Counted from the first letter of the whole stretch, positions 10,061 to 22,784 are shown. The stretch is 63,151 bases of DNA, filler included, from Hausera hauseri (GCA_046269625.1; 11 parts of 11 records of this genome joined end to end with filler, not necessarily neighbours in it); one strand, 5' to 3'. The notes: generated from the letters alone by a model not told the origin. Translations and numbers: made by a program.

Positions 10061-13000
10061 CAATGGAAATCTACAGTTGAATGATCCACCTTCTGTCCCT
10101 ATATCATAAAGATATTCTTCGCTTTGTCTTAGGAGTTTTACTTCTGTTGTAACATCCTTTTTACATTGTATAGCACTAAAGCAATTGGGATTATGCCATC
10201 TTTCAGAAACAGTCATATTTATTCCTATTGATGTTGCTGTATAATACAATCCTCTAAAATATTCTTAATTATCTTAAATGATGATTTATCTGCGAATTTA
10301 TTGTGCAAACATCAAATGGTAAAGATTGAGTTATTTTTTGCTTTATACGATATATAATGTAAGACCCCTTTTCAACAACTGCTGGNNNNNNNNNNNNNNN
10401 NNNNNNNNNNNNNNNNNNNNNNNNNNNNNTTAATTAATTAANNNNNNNNNNNNNNNNNNNNNNNNNNNNNNNNNNNNNNNNNNNNTGGATAGAGGAAGAG
10501 AAGAAAATTTGGAGTAGAGATTGGAGTTGTGCGGAATGAAGGAGTGGAAGAAGAAGATGAAAGAGAAAAAGTGGTAGAGATATGAAAAGTGGTAGGAATA
10601 GAAGGAAGAAGTGTAGGAAATGATGAAGCAAGACTAGGCGCGGAAGAGGGAGGTGGGAATGGTGTAGCAATAGATGTGGTGATAGCAAGGAGTGGAGGAG
10701 TAAAAAAAGAAGCTGGTGTATCAAGTGGTAAAGTGTCGTCGACAAAGAAAGCTGGCTTTAGGTTGGTGATGTGTACAGTGAAGTCTACCGTCTTTGGAGA
10801 TGATAACGTTATGTGAGTGGAGCTGTAAAAGTTTATAGGGCCCCAAGTACCGAGCCTGGAAACCGCAAGGAGCTTGATTTTTTAGCCATACGAATTTGGC
10901 CGTGTACAAATCTTCAGGTAGGTATGTTTTATTTTTGTGAAATATCCTGCAAAACTAGTCTTTGCTGACTTTGACGAAGTAATTTTGCGCCGCCCGTATC
11001 GTCTCATCTATGGGAGTGTCGTCTAGGGTGATCAGTTCAAATAATGATCGTACAGGAGCTTCGAATAAGGCTTCAGTAGGTGAGCATTCTGTAGAAGTGG
11101 GCGGAGTGTTCCGCCAACCGAGCAGAACAAACGGAAGAAAATTCGTCCAACTAGTGTTGGACTCTTCCAAAATTCTTAGTGACATTTTCAATGTTTGGTG
11201 GAAACGTTCTAGAAGGCCATTAGATCAGGAGTGATAAGGCGTAGTATGTATGTGATAGTTCCCCAATCGGTTAACGAGGGATTTGAACAGGTTGGACTCA
11301 AACCGTGGACCTTGGTCCGTGATGATGAAGCGAGGTGATCTAAACTTGCTAATCCATGTGCGGATGAAAACGTCAGCTATGGTGTCGGTGTTTGTGCTCC
11401 GCAGAGGGATGGCTTCGGGCCATCGCGAGGAACGGTCCACCATGGTGAGGATGAATTGATGACCGTTGTCTGGAGGAAAAAGGCCAACGATGTCAATATG
11501 TACGGACTCGAATCGCGATGTGCAGGGAAAGTGGAATAGTGGTGACTTTAAATGCTTAGTTGTTTTGTATTTTTCGCATGCCACACACTCCTTAACCCAT
11601 GCATGCACATCAGAACGCATTGACGGCCATATGACTTGTCGATGGAGGAGACGAAAAGTGGCTTTAGCACCAGGATGGTGTAGTGAATGCACGTGGTGAA
11701 ATGCTTGTCGTTGAAATTACGGTGCTAAATTTATTACTGAATGACCTAATTTGGAGGTGTCTAAAGCCACGCCGTCAACGATTGTGCGAGATTTGAAATG
11801 TTTACTCATGTCTGCTGGTGGCTGGTTCTGTTGGAGTTGTTCTGGCGTAAAAATCGGAGAAAAATTAATAGAACTAACCGACCTCGATAAAAAGTCAGCA
11901 AATAAATTGTTTACCCATTGATATGCTTAATATCAAAATTAAATGTCGACAAGTATGACATTTGCCGTTCTTGGCGTGTGGAGGGGTGTTTCATGGCCAT
12001 GATGTTAAGTAAAGGCTTGTGGTCAGTTTGTACAGTGAAATGACAAGCGACAAGCAGGTGTGAAATGTGCTTTAAGGCGAGAACGATTGCCAATAGTTCT
12101 CGATCAAACGTGGAATATCTTGTTTCAGGTGCTGTTAGTTTGCGAGAAAAGAATCCCAAGGGTTGGTTTTCTCCCTTGTAGATCTGATGAAGTACAGCGC
12201 CTACAGCAGTGGTTGACGCATCTGTGATGAGGACCAGCTCTGAATCAGGCTTCGGAAAAGCAAGAATATCTACAGATTTGATGCATTTGCGTAGCCTGTC
12301 GAATTTGTCAACCAAGTCAGGTGTCCACTAGATTATTGATGTTTTTTGCCGCCGCTTAAATATGAAAATAGAGCTGTTAATTCCGAGCAATATGGCACAT
12401 ATTTATGTGCAAAGTGGAGTGTGCCAAGGAAGCTACGCATTTTGGTGGTCATACGTGGCAATTGGATGTTTATAAGGGCTTCGACTCGATCGGATTGGGG
12501 AGAATGACCATCAGGTGTGATAACATGGCCTAAAAAGTTAATGCGTTATTTGAAAAAGTGACATTTTTCAAAGTTAATCTGGAGAATATGGTGGTGAAGG
12601 CGTTGGAATATTGAGCGAAGATGTTCTTCATGATGTTTTGCGGAAGATGAAACGACAAAAATGTCGTCGATATAAGGGTGTGCAAACGAGAAATCGGAAA
12701 GAATGGGGTTAATGTGTCGTTGGAAAGTTTGTGAGACATTCCACAAACCAAATGGCATGAATAGATATTCATAAAGGCCAAAAGGAGTAGTTACTGGGTT
12801 TTTTCAATGTCTTCAGGTGCTACCGGTATTAGATGGTAGGCTTTAGCTAAATTAATGGTCGAATAGATGGTGGTGGAGTTAAGGCGACGCAGGATATTCT
12901 TGATGAGTGGTAAAGGATACACATCTATGATTGTCAGGGTGTTTAGCTATCGGGGGTCACCGCATGGTCTAAAAGTACCATCCTTTTTTGTACCACGTGT

Positions 13001-13978
13001 AAAGGTGATGACCAAGGTGATTTGGAACGACGTACTATGCCAGAACGTTCGACCTCAAGAAATTTGGCTTCTACGGCCTGTCTACGGCGAGGTGACAGAG
13101 GCGGTACCTTTTGGCGCATTAAGCGTTGATGCTGTGTGACTATATGGTGTAGGGTGCTATTGGCAGGAGTGAAAGTACGATCTTTTTTAAGTACGCGTGG
13201 ACATGATTTGTTGATGATTTTTTGTAATGTGGTAGGTAGCTGTGAAAGATTCGGTGAAAGTGGTGGAACGGTTTGAGTGGTGGCGGATGCGATGTGTATG
13301 TTGTTAGGCAACGTGCAGTCAAGTGGTATTTGGTGTAAAATGGTTAAATTAAAAATGATGTTGGCTGAGGTATTTTCGTCGAAGGAGTTAGCGTTGGTGG
13401 TAGTACCACACCTATCGACATCAAATCTAGATTGTATATTAGAGTTATTGTTTAAAAATTTCCGAACTGAATTATTATTATGAAAATTCGAATTATTGTT
13501 ATAAAAAATCGAATTATTAGCTGACTTTTTTAGGATTGACGGCCGCCTCACGGTCGACTGTGCAATAGTCGAAACGCTATTTACATGGCCAGAAATGTCG
13601 CCAACGGTGCCTTTCCTCAAACATCGCTGGCTGCAGTCAACCAGTAAATTGTAATGAGAGAGAAATTCAGATCCAAAGATTGCCTACTGGACGTTAGCGA
13701 CTGTGAACGTCCAGCGGAAAGATGTGGAGAAATTTGGTAGCGTGAAAGACAGTGTATCCGTGCCCTAGATGTGCAACGGCTGGCCTAAAGCAGTATATAA
13801 AGGCTTAATTTTGAAAGGAGAGTTTTGTGTAGGAAAGATTTGCGGTAATAGAGAAATGTCTGCCCTTGTATCAATAAGGAAGTCAAGAGATTGAGTTGTA
13901 GGAGCACTAATTGCGGCTTTTAACGCGAAAACTGCGAAAGAAACATGTCGGCGTTTAGAGTGTGAAGGAATGCCTTTG

Positions 13979-14019
13979 CCAGAGGTTGCCGTGACTTCTG
14001 CCGGCGAATTTAGTTTTTT
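13979..14019 (-). promoter_or_regulatory. gag-pol -1 ribosomal frameshift signal (A AAA AAC plus pseudoknot), copy 1
   Basis: Gag frame reads ...CCA AAA AAC TAA. The -1 frame is open to FLIDTRA. Stems GCCG/CGGC and CAGA/TCTG follow. Confidence 0.7.
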
Positions 14020-15101
14020 GGAAAAGCAGAAGTGGAACGACTGTTTGAAGTGAAGGCAGTACGTCCGTCATTCGTACTGGATTTGAAGGTGCAACCGGAG
14101 ATACATTTACGTGCTTGATTTTTGAATCTTGCATGGTAAATGCAGACAACGGTGTTGGAGGAAAATTTACTGTTATAAAATTGGCAAGCCAGGCAGCATT
14201 TCTGAGCATTTGTATTGAATCTGCTGTGGTAGTAGCAGATCGACGAACGCGCAGGCGATGGTGAGCGGTTTCGTGAAGGAGAACGGGTACAGTCAGCGGC
14301 AAAACCCCCTCATCGGGCCAAAGACAATTCATTTAATTTATTATTTATGTTGTTAGTAGTTGCCTGCAATGCAATATTTTCAGCACGTAGCTGATTTATC
14401 TGCTGTTCTATGGGCGTATTAGTTGTTTGTATGTCGTTAGAAGCAACTTCTGATGAAACTACGGGTTTCGCATTTATGTGTAGGACATAGTATGTCCTAT
14501 CGGCCAATTCGGCCAATTTTTCAAGCTGCGTGGATTCGCCCGCCACGGTAAGAAATGCCCGTATTTGGATAGGTATGGAATTCAGAAAATAATGGCGTAA
14601 AAGGTCAGGGTTATGTTCCTTAGTTACTCCAAGAGTACGCATGTGTGCTAGTGAAGTGCGTAAGAAGTCGCAGGGTTTTTGTGTGCCCAGTGCATTTTCG
14701 TTGAAGAAACGCTGCGTTATGGAGTCAATGGGAGGTTCGGTCTGTTTCAATACAGCGTCGAATAGTTGGGTATAAGGGTCATGGTGTTGAAAGATCTCTA
14801 GCAGATTGTGTAATGAGGCTTTTATGGAATTCGGGAGAAGATAGAGCAAGCTATGGGCTTTAGATAAGGAGTCGGTGATTCGATTAGACTGAAGCCAGAG
14901 TTGGTGGAAGTGAAGCCACGTTTCACTGGATTTTTTGTTATCTACGAAGTATTCAGTGCAGTGTTGAGTATTGGTAGGATTTTTGTGAGGATTTGCATCG
15001 ATTGAAGAAAATGAAGGGTTTGTTTTGGTGTAGTAGAGAATGGGTATTGGCTTTTTTGTGGTGGTTGTATCCGTGGTGTCAATAGTCGGTGGGAAATTCA
15101 T

Positions 15102-15323
15102 TCCACCGCGGATACGGAGATGCATATTGAAGCAAGCTCGATTTGGAAAAGATAGAGTTTCGTTAAGATGAATGATAGCGCCGTGATGAGTAAGGAAGAA
15201 GTCTGAAGAACCAAAGATAGAAGAAAGGTGGGGATATGCGGGTGTGTAGTATGGAGGGTATATATATGGGTGTTATTATAAAAAAGAAAAAGGAAATTGG
15301 AGCAGTTGTGCTCCTGGGGGCAT
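15102..15323 (-). pseudogene. Ubiquitin-like domain fused to Gag, copy 1
   Basis: QFPFSF.YNNTHIYTLHTTH (shift) GSSDFFLTHHGAIIHLNETLSFPNRACFNMHLRIRGG, followed in frame by Gag (MNFPPT...). Confidence 0.7.
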
Positions 15324-15599
15324 GACTTGAGGCCGACATCGAAGGTGTCCCACGACCGAACGGCGCAAGGTTGGCGGTCGGGATTTCCACCCCGGCGGTG
15401 CGGGCGCCAAAATACGGGATGGCCGACCTCCCCCTGGACTGTTTGTCGTAGTAGTCTTCGGTTCTAACAGCAACTTGCTGGGCTTCGCCAAACGTGTTTG
15501 TAAATAACGGTGACGATGGAGGATGAATTAGATAATCTTTGTAGTCGAATACCATTAAAGCGTCTATATACAGTTTAATATATATCGCAACAATTAGTG

Positions 15600-16195
15600 G
15601 ATTACCTTGTTCAATCAGTGTGTTGATTGTGAAAATGCATGACCAAATATTGGTACCAGCCATCATCAGAAAAGGATTGACTCTATACGTTTCAAGTGGG
15701 AATGAATCATTAGCGGAAATAATTGATGTAGATTCCTGTCTATAATTTACTTTCTTCTCCGGATCCCATAAAATTGATTCGTGCAATGAAACTTTAGAAT
15801 ATATTTCCAAAGAAATTGCGTAAGGAACAACATCGGTATTTCTATTTGTCGTATGAAGCGATTGTTATTTAACATAGCGCTCTGAATGGCATAACCTCGT
15901 GGTACTGCCTTATCAGCGTTTAGAGTAGATCGAGGTTCCATTTTGAAAAAATTGGTTACTAGATGCTTAACGCATGGAATTCTGCTTGAACCTCCAACTG
16001 TTTCAACAGATGAAATAGGATCTCGGAAATTTTCTTGATAATTTTGATGCAAATTATAGAATACGGAAAACATTCTTTTCAGTAAATTCTCACAAATGCC
16101 TTTTAAAATTGTTCTACCAAATTTTGCCGAAACATATATATTATCCATTAAACATTCGATATTTATGGAATACTCTAACGAATTAGCCCTTTGTG
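15600..16195 (-). pseudogene. Hsp110 (HSPA4/HSPH1-like) internal fragment, intronless
   Basis: INIECLMDN..VETVGGSSRIPCVK..STLNADKAVPRGYAIQSAML..(shift) DVVPYAISL. Confidence 0.85.
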
Positions 16196-16884
16196 TCTGA
16201 TTAATGACTGTAATAGATGTAACCATACTGTCAAGTAGTTGCGTCGAAAGTTGAGACTCCTTTATAGTTGAACTTAAGCTCGGTTGTCATCCTCGACATT
16301 TGAATCTCGTTCGAATTTTTGAAATATTTTGCCTAATTGTTGCCTTTCTTCTTTCGTTGGTGTTGATGAACCGAGTATACTAATAGATTGAGAATCAACT
16401 ATTAACTGTTTTGGATTTATTTCAAATTCGTTAGAGGATTCTTTGGTTAGAGATTCAGGTTTATATGAGCCGGAATTAGAACTATATTCTGCACTATTTG
16501 ATGGTAAAAAGAGTGGAAATTCTTGCATAGCCATTGGTGTAGGTAATTCCGCATCTACACGCTCTTCGGAGACGGTGTTTAACATGTTATCAGCTGCTGA
16601 CTGTACTAGCTTAGTAGGATATTGATCTGCAATAATCGTTATCATAAAGGTTGGAATTGGTGATTGATTTTTAGTCTTAAAACTTCGACAAACGGGGCCA
16701 TTACGTCTGTCGCGTAGCCGTTTCTTCATACTATTGTCACTTATTATCTTTTCGTTAAACAAGCGTCATCGTGTTGACACATTGATCAAAAATGGTGCTG
16801 GAACTAAACCTTGGTTTTTATAATAATCTTCTTCAGTAATTATCTTCTTCTCTATTCGTATTTATTTTCCTATCAGACGTTCAT

Positions 16885-17560
16885 TCTACTTTATGTTCTA
16901 TATTATACCGATCAGAAACAAACCTCACTGTACGAAATAAAATAAGAACTGGTATTTCTCTTTTTAACAATGAAACGATCACTCCAACCTCCGGACCACG
17001 CGCTCGTTTTCCAGCTCCTGCTTTTGCCAATAAATTTACTTGCTAATTACTAGCAGGTCTAAAACTATACTCGACCATCGACTTTATGCTACATTTATAA
17101 GAATATTTATCTTTATCGAAGAAAACAAAAACCGTATTGTTGGCCATTCTTTGTTGGGCGATAATAATTGTCTCGGATCCGTTAATAATAAAATACGCAC
17201 CGGGATCCAACGGACATTCATTTAATTGGGCCGAATCAACATCAGATATTTTCGATAACAAACAATATGTTGAACGAAGCATAAATAAACTCTTACATGT
17301 TAACTCGGTCATTTATCTCAACGAGCTTGTCATCTGTTCCGTAATTCCTCAAAGCCAGATCAAGAAAAAGAGGCGCATTGTAAGTTAAGTTTCTGAGTCG
17401 TGCATCATTTAGCATGATTTGATTATCAGACCCATCATTCTCGTAATGGGTGGGTTTACTGAGGTAAATTTGTTTAAAAGTAAAATCGCATTTATTTGGA
17501 GCATAATAACCTGAGCCGTATTGCGTTTCTTCTTCAACAAATAACTTTGGCACTGGCACC
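16885..17560 (-). pseudogene. RPB2: RNA polymerase II second-largest subunit N-terminal fragment, intronless and frameshifted
   Basis: FKQIYLSKPTH..DARLRNLTYNAPLF; [27 protein letters not shown]; REIPVLILFRTVRFVSDR. Confidence 0.9.
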
Positions 17561-17901
17561 ATTTTATTTTTTTGTATTGTATAACCGTCGTGTAACTGAG
17601 AGCAAGATCCATGAATTTCACTGTAACTGGATTTTATTGATTGAACTTCATCTTCAAATAACTTTGAATCATTAAGAATGTCTTCCAAAATAATTCGATT
17701 GTCCCTCCATTTTGATTGAACACCTGAAGTATTCTCATTGAGACCGGGTTTCACAATATCAAGAATCGATTTTTGAAAGTCGAAACTGTCCATGTCCAAA
17801 TNNNNNNNNNNNNNNNNNNNNNNNNNNNNNNNNNNNNNNNNNNNNTTAATTAATTAANNNNNNNNNNNNNNNNNNNNNNNNNNNNNNNNNNNNNNNNNNN
17901 N

Positions 17902-18322
17902 TTTTTAGACACGCCTGCAAATCAAATTTGACCGTCAGGCTCATCGTACTCATTTTGCCAATAACGTTGTTTCAAACTAGGTCCAGAAATCACTGTTGCA
18001 ACTTATAGTTGTCTTGAGAACGTTTCGTAGATTAGATCATTGTCAATCAAAGACTATATATTCGAATGTTCATTGAAGGAATGTTCAATGATGAATTCCA
18101 TTTTGGAAAATTTCACCATCTTACAGACAGTTTCCGAAGCATAATAGAAAAATCAGTTTTTTAGACACGCCTGCAAATCAAATTTGACCGTCAGGCTCAT
18201 CGTACTCATTTTGCCAATAACGTTGTTTCAAACTCAGTCCAGAAATCACTGTTGCAATTTATAGTTGTCTTGAGAACGTTTCGTAGATTAGATCATTGTC
18301 AATCAAAGACTACATATTCGAA
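17902..18322 (+). repeat. Direct duplication of about 165 bp (17902-18066 and 18158-18322)
   Basis: Both copies start tttttagacacgcctgcaaatc and end atattcgaa, with few differences. Confidence 0.85.
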
Positions 18323-20399
18323 CATTCTGCAGATTTCCAGGTCAGCAAGCGTAATCAGAAACTTTTACGTTATAATCTCTCGATACATTCCGTGTCGTTT
18401 GACAGATCTTTTTTAATTGGAAACATTTCCTACTTTTTATAATATCACTTTGGTCGATGTTTATTATCCGTAATTTCGTGATACAATTTTGTGCATGTAT
18501 TTCAACAGACTTTATCAAACATTGAAATTTTTTTGCAACTTTCCACTTGTTGTTTCATGCGTCAATTTGATTTCCAAATTTTTTATGTACACCTCTCTTG
18601 GTCGAGTATCGTCAGATTTTATAATGGTTTTTCATGATTTGATCTGCAAATCTCTCGTTCAATTAATGAAACCGTGAATTTGACAACGATGTAATCTGTG
18701 ATAAAAAAGTTTGTTTGAATTTGAAATAAAACAGGAGTTTTAACCGTTTTGAATTTTAATTCGCTATTGGCCATTTTTTTTTTATTTTTTCGTTTTAGAG
18801 TCCTTTATCATTCTATTTCGTCAATGATTCTTAATCGGTGGATATTATTCAGCTTTAAACCACATTGGTGTCAGAATATTGAAAATAAACTAAATGCCGG
18901 AGAAGTTATATTGAATGGTAAATTGATTATTTTTCACTCAGCTATTCAACAAAGGCTATGTCAGTAAACCAGTCAAATAATGTTCCGCAATGCTGTTCCA
19001 TCCACATGATGAATGCAATGTTCAAGAAATCCGAAGAACCGTCCGAAAATGATCTATTTTTACGCCGATTAGAACTGTATTTCCAAAAATACGGAAATTA
19101 TTTGGAACATCTTTCATTCAATTGGATTTTGCCAAAGAAAAATATGTGAGACAACCAAATTTCGAATTTACAGAAAATCTGAAACTTGCTCAACCAAGTT
19201 CGAATGTAAAAGACAAACATCAAATCAAACTATTAAAGGATTATAAAAATATGAATAACACTAATTTTAATCACCATGACAAAGCCACAATTGGTGTTAC
19301 GTTTAATCCAGAAATTCGCAGTTGCGAAAAAGGAGATTATTCTGATAACATTTTGAATAATGTACGGCACTCAAGTATGTCAACTGTTCGATCAAGCCAA
19401 GAAATTTTCTACACAGCAAAATCATCAATGGTTAGTTCGAAGGAAAGTTTATCATGCTGTTTCAAAAATTCTCCGGAAAGTTCAAGTTCAGAAAAAGGCT
19501 TTTATTCATTGGAAAGTGGATCTTATACGACATGCATGAGCGGTTCAACTTGAGATGAGATTGAAAAATTGAACATACTCGATATTACAGATTCCGAATC
19601 CAATGAACAAACGCAAAATTCTTTAAAATGGATAACTAATTCCGACAACGATAAAGTTTCAACATTTCAAATGTCAAATAAAGATGATGTATCTTTAATA
19701 CAGAAGGATAACAATTCGCTTGGGGACTTTACTGCAGTAACTCCTCTCAGTAGAATTTTAAAAATTACTACAAAATCCCAGACCAATGCAAGCAGTATCA
19801 AATCACCAATTGAAAAATCAAAATTTTCAACCAAATCAGTGATCAATAAAGTGTTTGAAAAATGTATGACACCAGTGAAGAGTGAGTCGACAGCGGATTT
19901 GTTATTGATGGCAACGGAAGATAAAGGTAAATATCTCAGAGAGGTTTCAACTGTAAATCATAGAACCACGTTACGAGTCCCGTCGTCCATTGACACGTTT
20001 GAATTGCTAGTTATTGCTATGTTCAAATTGAAATTAAGTCACCACATTGAACAATTGCTGGAGTTTTTCACGAACGATTTTCTCAATTTGACCATCGAAA
20101 ATGTTAAAGACTATCAACTGTCCATGAAAACGATGGAACATTGTATGGTATTCATGATTGCCGCTGTTAGGTTGCCCGATGACAGCACATGGAAATGGGA
20201 AATAAAGGACTGTTTTCTGGATTCATTGAGAATTGCTCTCAAAGCGTTTTACAGTGGTATGTTGAATTTTACCGTAACGGAATTCGGTGTATCGCTGATT
20301 GACGTTTATGCTTTGAAACATTTCGATGCGAAAGTCACCGATGGTTTAATATTGAATTCATCCGATAATTTGTATCACGGTTGTGACCCGGATTTGTTA

Positions 20400-21330
20400 T
20401 TGGCAATTTGGGAAATCAGCAAATTTCCACAGGAATATCATTTTATACAAATACCAATCAGAGTCTGGAGGAATTCATACAGAATTTTAATGCCGATAAT
20501 CGTAAGATGATCAAGCGAACGTTTTTGTCGACGGCACGAGATTTTTGTTACATATCCATTCTGGATTTAAAAACAGTTCATCGTGATCCATTCAGTGGTA
20601 ATTTATCTGAACAGGAAATCGTTGAGAACCTTACTGACAGTGATGAATTGCCCAAACATTGATCTTTACAAATTGCAATTTCTGACGTGCAAGGTCAGTA
20701 AATTAGTTATTGATTTGATGGATAATATCAAATGTAAATTTGGTGATTATGAATTACTTTCTGTTACAAACGATAAAGAGATCATACTTGAAATAATTGA
20801 ATTTTCACATTTGATACCTGACATATTTGATATTTATTTGAATGTTGTACTAGAGACGAACAAAGATGCTTTACGTGATTTACCTCTTGCTGCAGCCTTA
20901 CATTACAATAACTGCGTGTATGTCGCCCATCGTTGCTTTTTTGGAACAATCTATGTAAAAATTCACGTCGGTAAGATTCTTAAACGAAATCATAATTTTG
21001 AGGAAGTCGATGAATGTCTTCTTAAACCAGTTGCACTTAACTTAATGCCAATTGTCTATAAGTTCAGTTTGGCGGCAACCCAAGCGTTGTCTGAAGAAGT
21101 CCAACAACAAGCTGATGAGTTAAGTGCTTGTTTAGAAAATATTTCCGATTTCTCTGATATCGAATCGTTGAAACTTGAAAAGTTTCACCAGTCATTAAAA
21201 CAGAGCACTGCATATTTTGTTGTCTAAAGTATACGATGTCCTACTCAACGAGTTTATAATCGGTTTCTCGGGAATTTGTTAAACGCTTTTTTCTTTGTAT
21301 TTATAAAGTCCTTAGACGCAATGCTTTCAA
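20400..21330 (+). pseudogene. ZW10: ZW10 (RZZ/NRZ complex) middle fragment, intronless and frameshifted
   Basis: FLTCKVSKLVIDLM..IFDIYLNVV..LRDLPLAAALHYNNCVYVAH matches, from memory, ZW10 PTCRIS..LPQLAAIHHNNCMYIAH; also VYNRFLGNLLN. Confidence 0.8.
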
Positions 21331-22084
21331 CTGAACCTTCAAAATTGACCGACTTTAATATTCTGATATCCTCAAACAGGTATCTGGATCAATAACATTT
21401 AAATCAAATAAAGCTACTATTCTGAGTAATATTACATCGGTTTATTCTACAAAGGTGGCATCTAATAGTAGTTTTACTACTCATCCTCATGTGAGTAATT
21501 TGTCTTCCATTGATACGGCATCAGATTACTCTAAATGGGCTACTGTACATAACATTAGACACTCTCGTCTATCAAATACGACGCATCTGACTGAATCATC
21601 TAAAAACGTTAACTTCAGTACGAATCCATTATCTACTACAATCAGTCCCATCGTGAATTCAACATCATTGGTACCCATGTCGCCCATTAGTAACATGATA
21701 ACTACAAAACCAACTTTGTTATCTACTATACGCCCTTCTGCAAGGCCTAGTTCTGTTCCCAATTAAAAAGAAAGTACAGGCTCAAAGAACATATCTCCAA
21801 CAACTCTATCACAATCATCGATTCCTGCTTCAAAGATTTTTTTCGAACAAGATCACTGACATCTAATACATTTAAAACAATCACGAATATATCGAGTGTT
21901 TCGAAAACAAAACACAGAGTCGTTGAGTACAAAGATCTGTGCGCGATGAGGTAGGATTTATTACTGTGCACTTTTCGACCGGCAAATATTTTTTCATATA
22001 CTTTTTATCAATAATACCTCTTCCTCACTTTTCCCATATATTTTTGTCCATACGATTTCCAACGATCCGAAATCGCGAGTAAAA

Positions 22085-22235
22085 GGCATGGCGGCTAATT
22101 CTCTATCTGATATTTTGCCGGAAAAGAGCGATAAAGCAAAACTAATTTTAGTACCACATTTGAATAATTTAGTTTTTCACACTATCACTTTACTTCGAGA
22201 AACATAAATTGATGAATTGAATGACACTGATCAAG
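22085..22235 (+). pseudogene. Importin-7/8-like short fragment
   Basis: AANSLSDIL..KAKLILVPHLNNLVFHTITLLRET*IDELND resembles importin-7 [29 protein letters not shown] (recalled). Confidence 0.5.
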
Positions 22236-22429
22236 AGGGATCTCGTTGCACCAGAAAAATTGCAATTCGATTTCAAATCAGACGGAGCATTAACTATAGA
22301 AGAATTGCGAACAGAATTGAATGCGATTGTCATATCTCAGTGGATAAAGAATGAATTGCGACTCAAATTGAACAAGATCTGGCGCGATGCTGATAAGGCA
22401 AAATAATAGAAAATTACTCGTCTAGCAGA

Positions 22430-22680
22430 AGCAATGGTATGTTCACAACTGAAAATTATTCTGATGATTGCCACAATTGATGTCGAAATGTTCAAAAACT
22501 TCTTTCCTTCAGTTTTTGTTCTTGAAATTGAAGATCGAACACATCCTGTCAGCTATTATTTCCTCGATGATGCTACTGAAAGGTTGAATTGTCAGCCCCA
22601 TGATTCAGCGAAAAAGAAAGAATTGAAAAATGACTACGGAAATCAGAAAAGTAATATTAGCGACACTGATGAGCTCAGTA
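22430..22680 (+). pseudogene. DEAH-box helicase (DHX9-like) fragment around motif III
   Basis: LKIILMIATIDVEMFKNFF..IEDRTHPVSYYFLDD, compared with LMSATID..GRTYPV.EYFLED. Confidence 0.7.
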
Positions 22681-22784
22681 GAGGAAAAATGAGAGTTCTG
22701 GCCCAAAACCCTATAGCCCCCCTTGAAATTGATGCGTTTAAACAAAAGTGCATTTCACGAATTGATATATCGGTACTTATTTAT

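Larger units (their letters stand above)
10486..15592 (-). mobile_element. CsRn1-like Ty3/gypsy LTR retrotransposon, copy 1 (UBL-gag, PR, RT, RNase H, integrase), decayed
   Basis: Gag ORF at 14310-15125 with two C-x2-H-x9-C-x3-C motifs downstream; FLIDTRA; SPWSSPLHVV; MPFGL..PYIDD; TDASTTAVGAVL..DRELLA; HHPG..CVAC; VHIDIVG; ITDQGPRFES; YLGPY. A possible LTR start TGTTGCG is at 15592. Confidence 0.92.

Noticed and set aside
10434-10816. Leu/His-rich and Gly/Val-rich ORFs
   Set aside because: Alternative-frame translations of the low-complexity tail after the gypsy integrase.
15163-15810. 215-aa ORF as a gene
   Set aside because: Read-through of the Hsp110 pseudogene tail into the retroelement leader.
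22655-22700. Hammerhead ribozyme (CTGATGAGCTCAGTAGAGGAAA)
   Set aside because: The stem II closing pair is missing and stems I and III cannot be formed from the flanks.
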